DNA from: a virus
Lineage: Duplodnaviria; Caudoviricetes
DNA: 42,035 bases
Reading direction: 5' to 3' (one strand)
IMG/VR virus record: IMGVR_UViG_3300027887_000023
Location: 1 to 42,035 of that record
Part shown: piece after piece, positions 1-9,180 of the stretch
Numbering within the stretch: position 1 is the stretch's first letter
How the letters are laid out: each line of letters opens with the position of its first letter
Position numbers and translations under genes: made by a program
The notes under the pieces: model-generated
Database searches by the model: none
What the model was told of the DNA's origin: nothing
Seen by the model: the letters and a program-made list of their open reading frames with translations, nothing else

Positions 1-377
1 TGATCTCCCATTGGTATTCTCTATTGTTGGGGTGTTCGGTTGTATAACTATGATTGGTAACATGGTAGCATTTTTTCCTTGGTTTACATTATGTGTATTG
101 CCCTGGCTTTTTGGTGATTGGATTTTAAGTGGTGGAGGACCATTTGATGATTGAATAGCAAAGATGATAAGGAGGTACTATGAGCATACTCAAACGATCT
201 TTCTGCGAAAGAAGCATGTGAATACCGTATCAGTATCGAAGAGGCAACACTAAAATCCCTTTCATAATCTATATTTTATCATGCCTTCTGTTGGTTGGTG
301 ACTATCGTACACTGTAAATCCAATAGTTGGCATGATTAAGTATATATTATCATTAACAACTTTTCTCGGAGGCCTAG

Positions 378-773
378 ATGGAAAAAATTTTTAAGAGATA
401 TTACTATAAATTGTATGACAACAAGACCCGTCCTGTTATTAATGTATGCTTAATCGAAAAAGATGATATCTGGTGTCGTGGAATTGCAATTTGTCATCCC
501 ACAGATTATAAGACATTAAAAAACCGTGAGGGTCGTCACATCGCCCTTAATAGGGCTCTTTCTGCTTGGATAATGAAAGAAAATTCTTATCCCGCAGTTC
601 TTCATCTAGCCCAAGGCCGAGATACTTCAATGCGTATTTTTGATCTTCTTTTCCAAGAGAAGTTCAAATCAGGGTTTAATGTAACTTTAATGGATTACGA
701 ATTATTACAAATCAATAAACAGGATGCAAAACGCATCACAAAACTCAAAAGGAGAGCAAATGTCAGCATATGA
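378..773 (+). CDS. Hypothetical phage protein (GxAxCxPxD...GxxIAxxRA motif)
   Basis: 131 aa ORF with GGAGG RBS; motif GIAICHPTD...GRHIALNRA is typical of small phage proteins. Confidence 0.7.
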   Translation: MEKIFKRYYYKLYDNKTRPVINVCLIEKDDIWCRGIAICHPTDYKTLKNREGRHIALNRALSAWIMKENSYPAVLHLAQGRDTSMRIFDLLFQEKFKSGFNVTLMDYELLQINKQDAKRITKLKRRANVSI

Positions 774-2220
774 ATTTCACATTGTTAAGGTTGCAGATGT
801 AAAAATCGGAGAACGTGTTCGGCAGGACATCGGAGAAGATTTCGAGGAGCTCAAGGAAAGTATCAAAACTCGTGGCCAGATGAATCCTATTCTCGTCGAC
901 CGAACCGATGGAGTACTCACTCTTTTGGGAGGCTTTCGAAGGCTCACTGCAATGAAAGAGATTGGCAAGGAGACTATCCTTGCTCGCTTCTACGATGAAT
1001 TAGACGAGATCGAACAGCTAAACTTCGAACGAGAAGAAAACATCCATAAAACTCTTACATGGGATGAACTTGCAATATGGCGTAAACGATTCCATGAGGC
1101 CAATCTTCGTAAACATGGAGCCCAAGAAAAAACATCCGGAAATCGCCCTGTCGAAGGAACAGGTTGGTCGCAAGTAGATACCGCCAGAGCTTTAGGTGTG
1201 TCTGAGGGTCTTATTTCCCAGGATCTTCGCCTTGCCGAAGCCATCGAAACATTTCCTGAACTAAAAAACATCACTAGTCGAAAGCAGGCAGTTAAAGCCA
1301 TCGCAAGAACCGAAGAGGTGGCTATTTTGTCAGAACTAGCAAAAAGAGATGCTATTCGAAACAGAACAAACGACACCGAAACCGAGCAGAGTTATCATCT
1401 CTATTGTGGCAACTCTGTTAATATCATCAAAGAAAAGGTGTCTGATGAAACAGTAGATTTGGTTATTTTTGATCCCCCTTGGGGAGTGGATATCACAAAG
1501 ATAGCCTCATCTCGTGGACCCACCGGAGAGAAGACATCTTACAAAGACGATAGTTGGAGTGGAGCTATCGAACTCGTAAACCAACTATTACCTCAAATTC
1601 ATCGTGTTATGAAATCTGATGCTCATATGTATATGTTTTGTGGAATTCAGGATTTCTTCTTTTGGATGAATCTACTCAATGGATTTACTCTTGTGCCTAA
1701 TCTTATGAATGATCTTCGAGTTTCTATTCCTCCTTATCGTGAGAGTCCTGCCATCAAAGCTATTGAAGATACTTTCAAGGATTTCTACAAAACTAGAGAC
1801 TGGAATTTTCATGTCGAGCCAATTCCATTGATCTGGGTTAAAGAATCAGGTGGATTTACGGATTTCGACTATAAATTCATGCCAAGATATGAGATTATCC
1901 TTTTTTGCAGTAAAGGCCAGAAAAAACCTTTAAATGAAGTTACATCCAATATTTTCGAGTATAAACGTCCCGTCAACACCGAGAGAATACATACTCAAGA
2001 AAAACCAATCGAACTTATCCAAAAATTAATTCGATTGTCGTCACAGGAAAATGAAATTGTTCTTGATCCTACCGCAGGAAGTTTTGTGACCGCAGTTGCA
2101 TCAACCTTACTTCAACGTAGGTCTATATGCATCGATAGCGATGAAGTATGTTATGCAAAAGGACTGGAACGCATGTCGAACATTGTTATGTCGATGCACG
2201 AAGAGGAGGGAGAGGAATAA
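760..2220 (+). CDS. ParB/Srx-domain + HTH + N6/N4 DNA methyltransferase fusion
   Basis: ParB motifs GQMNPILV and LLGGFRRLTA; HTH WSQVDTARALGVSEGLISQ; MTase DPPW motif, HTQEKP and VLDPTAGS. Start moved to ATG 760 (AGGAG upstream). Confidence 0.88.
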   Translation: MSAYEFHIVKVADVKIGERVRQDIGEDFEELKESIKTRGQMNPILVDRTDGVLTLLGGFRRLTAMKEIGKETILARFYDELDEIEQLNFEREENIHKTLTWDELAIWRKRFHEANLRKHGAQEKTSGNRPVEGTGWSQVDTARALGVSEGLISQDLRLAEAIETFPELKNITSRKQAVKAIARTEEVAILSELAKRDAIRNRTNDTETEQSYHLYCGNSVNIIKEKVSDETVDLVIFDPPWGVDITKIASSRGPTGEKTSYKDDSWSGAIELVNQLLPQIHRVMKSDAHMYMFCGIQDFFFWMNLLNGFTLVPNLMNDLRVSIPPYRESPAIKAIEDTFKDFYKTRDWNFHVEPIPLIWVKESGGFTDFDYKFMPRYEIILFCSKGQKKPLNEVTSNIFEYKRPVNTERIHTQEKPIELIQKLIRLSSQENEIVLDPTAGSFVTAVASTLLQRRSICIDSDEVCYAKGLERMSNIVMSMHEEEGEE

Positions 2221-2513
2221 TGGAACCTAAAAAAGGATGCTGGTACACAGTAGATAATGTTAAAAACTTACTTCAAGTTACAGATGATGATGGACTTTTT
2301 GATCTCATAGAATATGTTGCTGATCAAGAGGAAGAAGGGTATGAGGTTATGATCTGGGATGAACTTGGATTAGCTTTGGCAGCATTATCCCCATTTACTG
2401 AGGAAGAAGTTGAAATTATCCACAATCGTTATGATATCATTCTTATGTATGGCGTCAAGTATGCTCATATTTTGGTCACAGAACCAACTGATTTAACAAC
2501 TAGATTGGTCTAG
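2220..2513 (+). CDS. Hypothetical acidic protein
   Basis: ATG overlaps the upstream stop (TAATG) with a GAGG RBS; 97 aa. Confidence 0.65.
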   Translation: MEPKKGCWYTVDNVKNLLQVTDDDGLFDLIEYVADQEEEGYEVMIWDELGLALAALSPFTEEEVEIIHNRYDIILMYGVKYAHILVTEPTDLTTRLV

Positions 2514-2523
2514 ATATTTTATT

Positions 2524-2547
2524 CCGTCTTTACCCCGCTAAATACGG
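2524..2547. promoter_or_regulatory. 24-bp palindromic operator-like motif, copy 1
   Basis: CCGTCTTTACCCCGCTAAATACGG, 16 nt upstream of the polymerase start. Confidence 0.7.
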
Positions 2548-2563
2548 GAATTGGAGGCTTTAA

Positions 2564-4888
2564 TTGGCAGTACAATCCACCAACACATTTGATATTATTG
2601 TTCCCCCATCTGGGCCTGTGACAGCACCGATTGTATTCATCGGTGAAGCACCTGCAAAGACGGAAGTCTTCGAAGGAAAACCTTTCATGGGCTCAGCAGG
2701 GGATCACCTCAACAACTGTTTATCTTTGGCAGGATTAGACAGATCTGAGATTTACATAACAAACATATCCAAACGTCGTGTGCCAGAGGACAAGATGGAA
2801 AAACTTGATCTTGTTACTTTGGCACGATATGAAAAAGAACTCATCGAAGAGATTAATAATCTTCCAAATGTTAAGATTATCGTTCCTCTCGGTGCATACG
2901 CCCTTAAAGCAGTAACAACAAGATCGGGCATAACAAACTTTCGTGGATCGGTTCTTCATCCACATCCCGCAATTAAGCATGATTGCTTAGTTGTGCCTAC
3001 GTTACATCCTTCGAACCTACATTATAATTATCCTCTCTGGATACTTATCGTTGCAGATTTAACTCGGGTTAGAAGGATTCGGGATAAGGATTTCCAATTC
3101 GAATGGCCTAAACAAAATTTCATCCTCGCTCCTTCATTTGAACAAACTATGTCGACATTGAAAATGTTGCAAGAGACAAAGCCTCGTTTTGCTGTCGTAG
3201 ATGTTGAGACTCCAGGAAATATGTTGTCATGTGTAGGTATTGCATGGTCTCGTAGTGACGCTATCTGCATTCCGTTTTTCTATGGTAATGGACAATCTTA
3301 TTGGAAGATTGAAAATGAGATGGCAATCTGGCGAGAGCTTGATAAAACTTTAAAGATGATAAACATGGCAGGTCAAAACATATTGTTTGACTGGAGAATC
3401 TTGGGTGAACATGGCTTTCGAGTTGGATTTTCTTATCCCTCAGGTGCTTTTATTCGTGATAGTATGTTAATGCATCATTGTCTATATTCTGAGATGAAAC
3501 ATGGACTAGATACCATAGTTTCCATCTATACCGACCTTCCGTTTTTTAAGAAAGACGAAGAAGAAAAGAAAGGATCAGCTTTGATAGATGGAAAAGAAAC
3601 CGAACATTGGACATATAACTCCATGGACTGTATTGGAACATATTGGGCCATCGAAGAACTTGAACAAGAACTTAAAGATGAAAACATGCTTCATGTTTAT
3701 GAAAATTTATATTCCCAAGTTTTACCAATCTTATTTGAAATGAACATGTTGGGCGTTCCTGTCGATCTAGAACTATTAAAAGATGTTCGACTGGAAAGTA
3801 ACGAACTTATTAAACAATATAACGCTAAGATCAAAGAAGAAACAGGATTAGATGTTAATGTTAATTCCACCCCACAAGTAACAGACTTGCTTTATAATAA
3901 ACTTGGATGGGAAAAATATACCGGTGAAAAAACTGGTAAGGAGACCCTCAAAAAACTAGCCTATAAGTATAAATCAGATATTCCCGATCTTATCATTGAT
4001 ATTCGTGCAGCTCGCAAAACATTAAGCCTCTTTGATGAATCGAATGTTGTTGATGGGCATATTAAATGCGAATATTCTCTGGGTCGAACATCGACAGGAA
4101 GATTAAACAGTCGCAAGGGTCGAGGAAGAAGTGGGATGAATCTCCAGAATGTTAAAAAAGGCCCTCAACGAAAGTTTTTCATCCCTCCCAAAGGTTATGT
4201 TATGATGTGTGCGGATCAACAAAACGCTGAAGCTCGTGTTGTCGCATGGTTGGCGGATGATGAAAACATGATGGGATTATTTAAGAGTGGAGCTTCACTT
4301 CATCTCGTGAACGCCAAAAACATGTTTAAAGAGGATATTACCAAAGAAGATCCCCGTTATAAAATAGCTAAAGCATGTGTTCATGGAGCCAACTATGGTC
4401 TTGGGCCTCGGAAGTTTGCCCAGATTACAAAACTCCAATTTTCAGATGCTCAAACACATCTCATAAACTATCATAACACCTATCCAGGTATTCGAGAACA
4501 TTTTCATGCTTATGTGTATGATGAAATTATGGCACATAGAATGTTGTATAACCCATTTGGTCGTAGGGAGATTTTTCTAGATGAGCTTATGTACTATGGC
4601 AATGCTAATGCTAAAGTATTACAGGCTGGCTATGCTTTTATACCTCAAAGTACGGTTACGGATATTAACAAACAGGCGTTAAAAAGAATCCGCAAACATT
4701 TTCGTGTTCTATTAGAATCACACGATGGCCTTAGTATTGCAGTTCCAGAAGGTCAGGTTCAATATGGTGCAGAAGCATTAGTTGAAGCATATGACATTCA
4801 TTTTAAAATATGGGATATAGATCGTACAGTCCCCATTGATCTTTCTTTTGGCCCAAACTGGGATGAACAAATAGATATTATTCTTTAG
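2564..4888 (+). CDS. polA: Family A DNA polymerase with N-terminal family-4-like uracil-DNA glycosylase domain and 3'-5' exonuclease
   Basis: UDG motifs FIGEAP...GKPFMGSAG and PTLHPS; ExoI DVET; motif A ADQQNAEAR, motif B KACVHGANYG, motif C SHDG; TTG start with GGAGG. Confidence 0.93.
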   Translation: MAVQSTNTFDIIVPPSGPVTAPIVFIGEAPAKTEVFEGKPFMGSAGDHLNNCLSLAGLDRSEIYITNISKRRVPEDKMEKLDLVTLARYEKELIEEINNLPNVKIIVPLGAYALKAVTTRSGITNFRGSVLHPHPAIKHDCLVVPTLHPSNLHYNYPLWILIVADLTRVRRIRDKDFQFEWPKQNFILAPSFEQTMSTLKMLQETKPRFAVVDVETPGNMLSCVGIAWSRSDAICIPFFYGNGQSYWKIENEMAIWRELDKTLKMINMAGQNILFDWRILGEHGFRVGFSYPSGAFIRDSMLMHHCLYSEMKHGLDTIVSIYTDLPFFKKDEEEKKGSALIDGKETEHWTYNSMDCIGTYWAIEELEQELKDENMLHVYENLYSQVLPILFEMNMLGVPVDLELLKDVRLESNELIKQYNAKIKEETGLDVNVNSTPQVTDLLYNKLGWEKYTGEKTGKETLKKLAYKYKSDIPDLIIDIRAARKTLSLFDESNVVDGHIKCEYSLGRTSTGRLNSRKGRGRSGMNLQNVKKGPQRKFFIPPKGYVMMCADQQNAEARVVAWLADDENMMGLFKSGASLHLVNAKNMFKEDITKEDPRYKIAKACVHGANYGLGPRKFAQITKLQFSDAQTHLINYHNTYPGIREHFHAYVYDEIMAHRMLYNPFGRREIFLDELMYYGNANAKVLQAGYAFIPQSTVTDINKQALKRIRKHFRVLLESHDGLSIAVPEGQVQYGAEALVEAYDIHFKIWDIDRTVPIDLSFGPNWDEQIDIIL

Positions 4889-4896
4889 GAGATATA

Positions 4897-5250
4897 ATGA
4901 ACTATAAGGAGATGATTATGAGTATATTTGCAGACGCCCTAAGATTCAAACAACAAGAAATTCATGAAACAGCTAAAGAACATGGTTGGTGGGATGAACC
5001 CAGATCTTTTGGAGATTGTATTGCTTTAATGCATTCCGAACTTTCAGAATGTTTAGAAGGATATCGAAAAGGAAATCCTATAGACGAACATTGTGGAATG
5101 TTTTCTTCATGTGAAATTGAACTTGCAGATTGTATAATTCGCATTCTCGATCTCGCAGGAATGTATGGTTATAACATCGGTGAAGCTCTTGAAGCCAAGA
5201 CAAGATATAACAAGTCGAGGCCATATCGTCATGGAGGCAAAAAACTATGA
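4897..5250 (+). CDS. MazG-like nucleotide pyrophosphohydrolase
   Basis: ALMHSELSECLE...ELADCIIRILD all-alpha NTP-PPase acidic motifs; C-terminal YNKSRPYRHGGK. Confidence 0.85.
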   Translation: MNYKEMIMSIFADALRFKQQEIHETAKEHGWWDEPRSFGDCIALMHSELSECLEGYRKGNPIDEHCGMFSSCEIELADCIIRILDLAGMYGYNIGEALEAKTRYNKSRPYRHGGKKL

Positions 5251-5672
5251 TCTATATTGCGTCTCCATATACAGCACCAACATATAATATTATGGATCAT
5301 CGTTTTAAATGTATCCAACTTGCAACATCAGTTTTGCAGGTTGTTTTTCCTAAACAATGTTTCTTCTCCCCGATTATGTATTGGCACGAAACAGCTAAAA
5401 AGTTTAAGTTACCTGTTCATGTCCATTTTTGGGAAGAATGGAATTCGCATATTCTCTCATTATGCGAGTCAATGTTAATCGTTACACTTAGGGGATGGCG
5501 TGAATCAGTAGGCATTAATAAGGAGCAATCCTTAGCCCAACACCTCAACATACCTATTGGACATATTAATTTTAAGAAGTTAATTATGGATCATAAAGAG
5601 GTTGTCAAATGCCTGATAAACGGAAACGGAAATTACCAAACGGATGGTTGCAAGGCTACAGGAACTATATAG
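5247..5672 (+). CDS. DUF1937-like / nucleoside 2-deoxyribosyltransferase-like protein
   Basis: MIYIASPYT, FSPI...H and GWRESVGINKE motifs. Confidence 0.75.
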   Translation: MIYIASPYTAPTYNIMDHRFKCIQLATSVLQVVFPKQCFFSPIMYWHETAKKFKLPVHVHFWEEWNSHILSLCESMLIVTLRGWRESVGINKEQSLAQHLNIPIGHINFKKLIMDHKEVVKCLINGNGNYQTDGCKATGTI

Positions 5673-6796
5673 TCAAACAGGAGTCACCAGACATCTTTCA
5701 TTTTTGGGTAAGCTGTTCTATAATTGGAGCAGCTATGAGGCGAAATGTATTTATCAATCGAGGGGCATATCATGTATGGCCTAATCAATATGTTTTTCTC
5801 ATCGCTAAATCTGGGGGATGTAAAAAGTCCGGCGCGATGGAATTAGGAATGGACCTTATCGACACCATAAAAGAAATTCATACTGTCGGAGGGAAGATGA
5901 CTACGGAAGGTTTGATGGACACAATGAATCGAGCAACAATCGATCCAAATGGTGTTGTTAAACCCGACGGTAGTATTCTCATTCAGGCAGATGAACTTGC
6001 GTATCTTTTTGGTAAGTCTGCATATGTCGGTGACTTGATCACATTCCTTACTGCAGCTTATACAGGAAAATCTAAACTAGATTTCCTCACCAGAAACAAA
6101 GGATTATGCCAAGTTAGAAATCCATGCCCATCAATATTGGCAGGATCAACTCCCGAACAATTAGGTGAGATTTTTCCTACCATGACATTGGCTAGTGGAT
6201 TTATGGCGCGAGTTCTTCTTGTTTATGGGGAGCGTGGAATACGTGTGCCTAAACCAGAGGTTGATCGAGGAATGGAAGATGCTCTAATTCACGATCTTGG
6301 TTGTATTGCTAAATTACATGGAGAAGTCCAGTTGACGCCAGAAGCAGATCAAATGTTTGATAAATGGTATATGTCACTTGATGAGAAAACACCACCAAAA
6401 GATCTAGAGAGTTTTTATGAAAGAAAACATGACCATGTACTTAAAACTGCATTAGTTATGTCGGTGGCTGAATCAGATAATATGATTATTACTGTTGAGC
6501 ATTTAGCAAGTGCGTTAGCTGCAATAGACAATATCGAACACCATTTACCTGCTGCTATTGCTCATATAGGATCTACACAACAAGCAAATGCCGTCGATTT
6601 CGCAGAAAATATGATAAGGTCTGTTTATCCTGAAAGCATGGGTCATTCTGTTCTTCTTCGTCGAATGTACAAACGACTTACTTATGGAAAATCGGAGATG
6701 GATGAGCTAATAAGTATGTTAGAAGGTCAAGGAAAAATTAAAATAACAGCAGATAGGTCAGGGGTAAGATACACAGCTATATTAGATAAAAAATAG
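5609..6796 (+). CDS. DUF3987-like P-loop ATPase (putative replicative helicase)
   Basis: Walker A-like AKSGGCKKS, Walker B LIQADE, SGFMAR arginine-finger-like motif; follows polA. Confidence 0.7.
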   Translation: MPDKRKRKLPNGWLQGYRNYIVKQESPDIFHFWVSCSIIGAAMRRNVFINRGAYHVWPNQYVFLIAKSGGCKKSGAMELGMDLIDTIKEIHTVGGKMTTEGLMDTMNRATIDPNGVVKPDGSILIQADELAYLFGKSAYVGDLITFLTAAYTGKSKLDFLTRNKGLCQVRNPCPSILAGSTPEQLGEIFPTMTLASGFMARVLLVYGERGIRVPKPEVDRGMEDALIHDLGCIAKLHGEVQLTPEADQMFDKWYMSLDEKTPPKDLESFYERKHDHVLKTALVMSVAESDNMIITVEHLASALAAIDNIEHHLPAAIAHIGSTQQANAVDFAENMIRSVYPESMGHSVLLRRMYKRLTYGKSEMDELISMLEGQGKIKITADRSGVRYTAILDKK

Positions 6797-6804
6797 GAGG
6801 CTAT

Positions 6805-7122
6805 ATGGTTAGAAAATCAGACAAATTAGTACAGATTAATCCAGAAAAAGAAAAAGATTATATTCATGTCGAGGATGGTATACGAGTAATTATTGTAAAT
6901 GATCCAAAAGTAACACAAAAAATATGCCAACTGGTAGATGACGCCAATAGATTGAAAACTTCATCAGGTTCTGGTTTTGAGGCAGACTTTCTTGTATGGT
7001 CATATATAGGATCTATATTTCCAGAAACATTGGAACATCCGAATTGGAGACTACAATTTGCTCCAGTAACAAAACCTAGGATTTTTGAGTTTTTTAATGA
7101 AGACGAGGTAAAAAAGATATGA
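6805..7122 (+). CDS. Hypothetical protein
   Basis: 105 aa, AGGAGG RBS. Confidence 0.7.
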   Translation: MVRKSDKLVQINPEKEKDYIHVEDGIRVIIVNDPKVTQKICQLVDDANRLKTSSGSGFEADFLVWSYIGSIFPETLEHPNWRLQFAPVTKPRIFEFFNEDEVKKI

Positions 7123-7292
7123 CAGAACAAATCTTATTTTTCTTAAAACGGAAAGGAACAGATGAACTTATTCCTTTACCATATAAAATTCTTAATCAGG
7201 AAGGAACAACAGCAAGCATAGAATTTGATCAAACAATTACAGTTAATCAAGATGATGAAATTCAGATTCGTCGTAAGGCAATCAATCCTTAG
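7119..7292 (+). CDS. Small hypothetical protein (57 aa, MTEQILFFLKRKG...)
   Basis: Read manually; ATGA overlap with the previous stop, GAGGT upstream; below the ORF-track cutoff. Confidence 0.6.
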   Translation: MTEQILFFLKRKGTDELIPLPYKILNQEGTTASIEFDQTITVNQDDEIQIRRKAINP

Positions 7293-7321
7293 AGCTCCAC
7301 CATAATAAAATCAATGGTAAC

Positions 7322-7378
7322 AATGCTAGTATGATTATTTCAACTAATAGAACTATTCGTACTAGCATTTCTTTTCTC
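7322..7378 (+). terminator. Hairpin terminator between convergent operons
   Basis: AATGCTAGTATGA...TCGTACTAGCATT stem followed by TCTTTTCT. Confidence 0.55.
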
Positions 7379-7813
7379 TCATATATGTTGTTTAATCTTC
7401 TCAAATAACCTCAGTACTCGAAAAATATGTCCTTTGACATATATCCCCTTACTATTATTCATATATCTTATCATCCGTAAAATCATATATTCATGCCAAT
7501 CACTAGGATTTTGTAATAGAATCTCTTTGTTTCCACCTCCTGGTAGTCGAGGATCATTTTGTGGATTTACTTGACTATCAAACAAACAAATATCCATTGG
7601 AAATTCAGCTACATCACATCCTGCGGGCAACCAGTAATCGGCATAATATATCGCCTTGGCTTGATCTAGAGTCAGGTTTTTAATGTCAATGTTTGGATGA
7701 TATGTTTTACATATCCCATACTTTGTTTCGCCTCCTGGATCATTTGGGTCATTTTCATACCCGCCTTCGAGACCAACTGTTAATTCAAATGCAAGATCAA
7801 AATGTTCTTTCAC
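7379..7813 (-). CDS. Endolysin, glycosyl hydrolase family 108
   Basis: EGGYENDPNDPGGETKYGI signature; GTG start with GGAGG. Confidence 0.9.
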   Translation of the reverse strand: MKEHFDLAFELTVGLEGGYENDPNDPGGETKYGICKTYHPNIDIKNLTLDQAKAIYYADYWLPAGCDVAEFPMDICLFDSQVNPQNDPRLPGGGNKEILLQNPSDWHEYMILRMIRYMNNSKGIYVKGHIFRVLRLFEKIKQHI

Positions 7814-8008
7814 GATGCCATCCTCCGGTTTAAAGTTTACCTTGAAAAGTACGTTTAAGACCGCCCTTTAAAACGCCACTAGAGGGCCGGAACGGGGTCG
7901 CCCTTCGTTTAAAAATTTAAGGGGCAGGGGTTATAAAGGGGCAATTTTCAGTCCCGTCTAAGTCTTTGTTTTGGCCTTAAAAACGATATTTTGTGGGATG
8001 TGATAATC

Positions 8009-8032
8009 CCGTCTTTACCCTGCTAAATTCGG
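8009..8032. promoter_or_regulatory. 24-bp palindromic motif, copy 2
   Basis: CCGTCTTTACCCTGCTAAATTCGG, nested in a larger inverted repeat TGTGGGATG(7992)...CATCCCACA(8048). Confidence 0.7.
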
Positions 8033-8051
8033 CAATACCCATCCCACATAT

Positions 8052-8279
8052 TTACTCATCTTCACACGTTTTAAGTTTTAAACATAGATCATAAAGCCTA
8101 TTTCCCCATTCCCAAACCTCACGATCTTCTTGGGCGAGTTTATCCATTACCTCCATAACATGCTCAGAAGGTAATGGATACTCAGGACACACGCTTATTC
8201 TTTTTACGCATCCGCCCAAAAGGATTATCAACAGGAGGTTTAGAATCAACGTTTTCGTAATCTTCCATTGTATTTTCAT
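8052..8279 (-). CDS. Outer-membrane spanin (Rz1-like lipoprotein)
   Basis: Hydrophobic signal with lipobox LLGGC then CPEYPLP; overlaps the i-spanin gene in another frame. Confidence 0.7.
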   Translation of the reverse strand: MKIQWKITKTLILNLLLIILLGGCVKRISVCPEYPLPSEHVMEVMDKLAQEDREVWEWGNRLYDLCLKLKTCEDE

Positions 8280-8391
8280 TATTTTCTGCCTGCTCCTTTA
8301 AGGTTGCATTTTTACCCCATTTCATCGCCAGAATTATGATGGCGACAACAACGATCAAAATTCCTGCTAAAAAGATAAAAACGTTTTCCAT
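8182..8391 (-). CDS. Inner-membrane spanin (Rz-like)
   Basis: N-terminal TM helix plus short helical polar domain; overlaps the lipoprotein gene. Confidence 0.65.
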   Translation of the reverse strand: MENVFIFLAGILIVVVAIIILAMKWGKNATLKEQAENNENTMEDYENVDSKPPVDNPFGRMRKKNKRVS

Positions 8392-8597
8392 TATGTTGTC
8401 GGAGCCTTCGATAGTTTGTTGTTGATGTATTTTGTAATCTCACCTATAATATATGCTACAAACGCAATAGCCCATGGAGGCAGTTCGAACAAAGCAATGT
8501 TTTGCTCATTACCTAACCATGCTAAAGCAGCTACTACGATGTAAGATCCAAATCGCCACGCAAATGATTTTATTCTCGTCATCAAAATTTTATTCAT
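8391..8597 (-). CDS. Holin-like membrane protein
   Basis: 68 aa with two hydrophobic helices, in the lysis cassette. Confidence 0.6.
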   Translation of the reverse strand: MNKILMTRIKSFAWRFGSYIVVAALAWLGNEQNIALFELPPWAIAFVAYIIGEITKYINNKLSKAPTT

Positions 8598-9150
8598 GTA
8601 AATTCTCCTTAGTTACAGTGTTGGTAGATGGAGTAACAGCAGGAAATCCCTTCTGTCGCTCAATAACATTTTTTAAATCCTCAGTCGTCTTATTTAAATT
8701 TTCAATCGCTACTCTTATTTCACCTAAAGTAATTTCAATCTCAGTAATAGTTTGTTCCTGTAAGTGATCAGATTTTTCAATTTCTGTAATACGTTTATCT
8801 GTTGCTATGTTAGTACGATCATTTGCTCTTGTCGTGATGGTCATAAATACCCCTACGAAGATTCCTACAATCGTAACCACTATTGCAAGAGCAGTAAAAA
8901 ATCCCGAAAATGAGATATATCCTTTTGTACGAATATAAATCGTATCGGCAACTTTCCCACATGCAACCGCCACTTCTTTTCGGAGTAGATCCATCTTATT
9001 CATAACATCTGCATATTTCTCATTAACATAACTATACAATGATAAACGTTCATCCTTCAAATCGTCACTCATCAAGTCTTTTGCGTCGGATATCTCTTTA
9101 TGTAATCTCTGCTCTATATCAAGCCTACATTTCTGATCTGTGCATCCCAT
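8590..9150 (-). CDS. Single-TM coiled-coil membrane protein (lysis region)
   Basis: Central TM FFTALAIVVTIVGIFVGVFM flanked by heptad-like segments. Confidence 0.6.
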   Translation of the reverse strand: MGCTDQKCRLDIEQRLHKEISDAKDLMSDDLKDERLSLYSYVNEKYADVMNKMDLLRKEVAVACGKVADTIYIRTKGYISFSGFFTALAIVVTIVGIFVGVFMTITTRANDRTNIATDKRITEIEKSDHLQEQTITEIEITLGEIRVAIENLNKTTEDLKNVIERQKGFPAVTPSTNTVTKENLHE

Positions 9151-9180
9151 TGATATCTCCTAGATATCCTGCCTTCGTTG

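Noticed and set aside
1-154. 3' end of a membrane protein gene
   Set aside because: Open hydrophobic frame, but truncated by the window edge and too short to call
327-345. Sigma54 promoter TTGGCATGATTAAGTAT
   Set aside because: Lacks the conserved GC at -12
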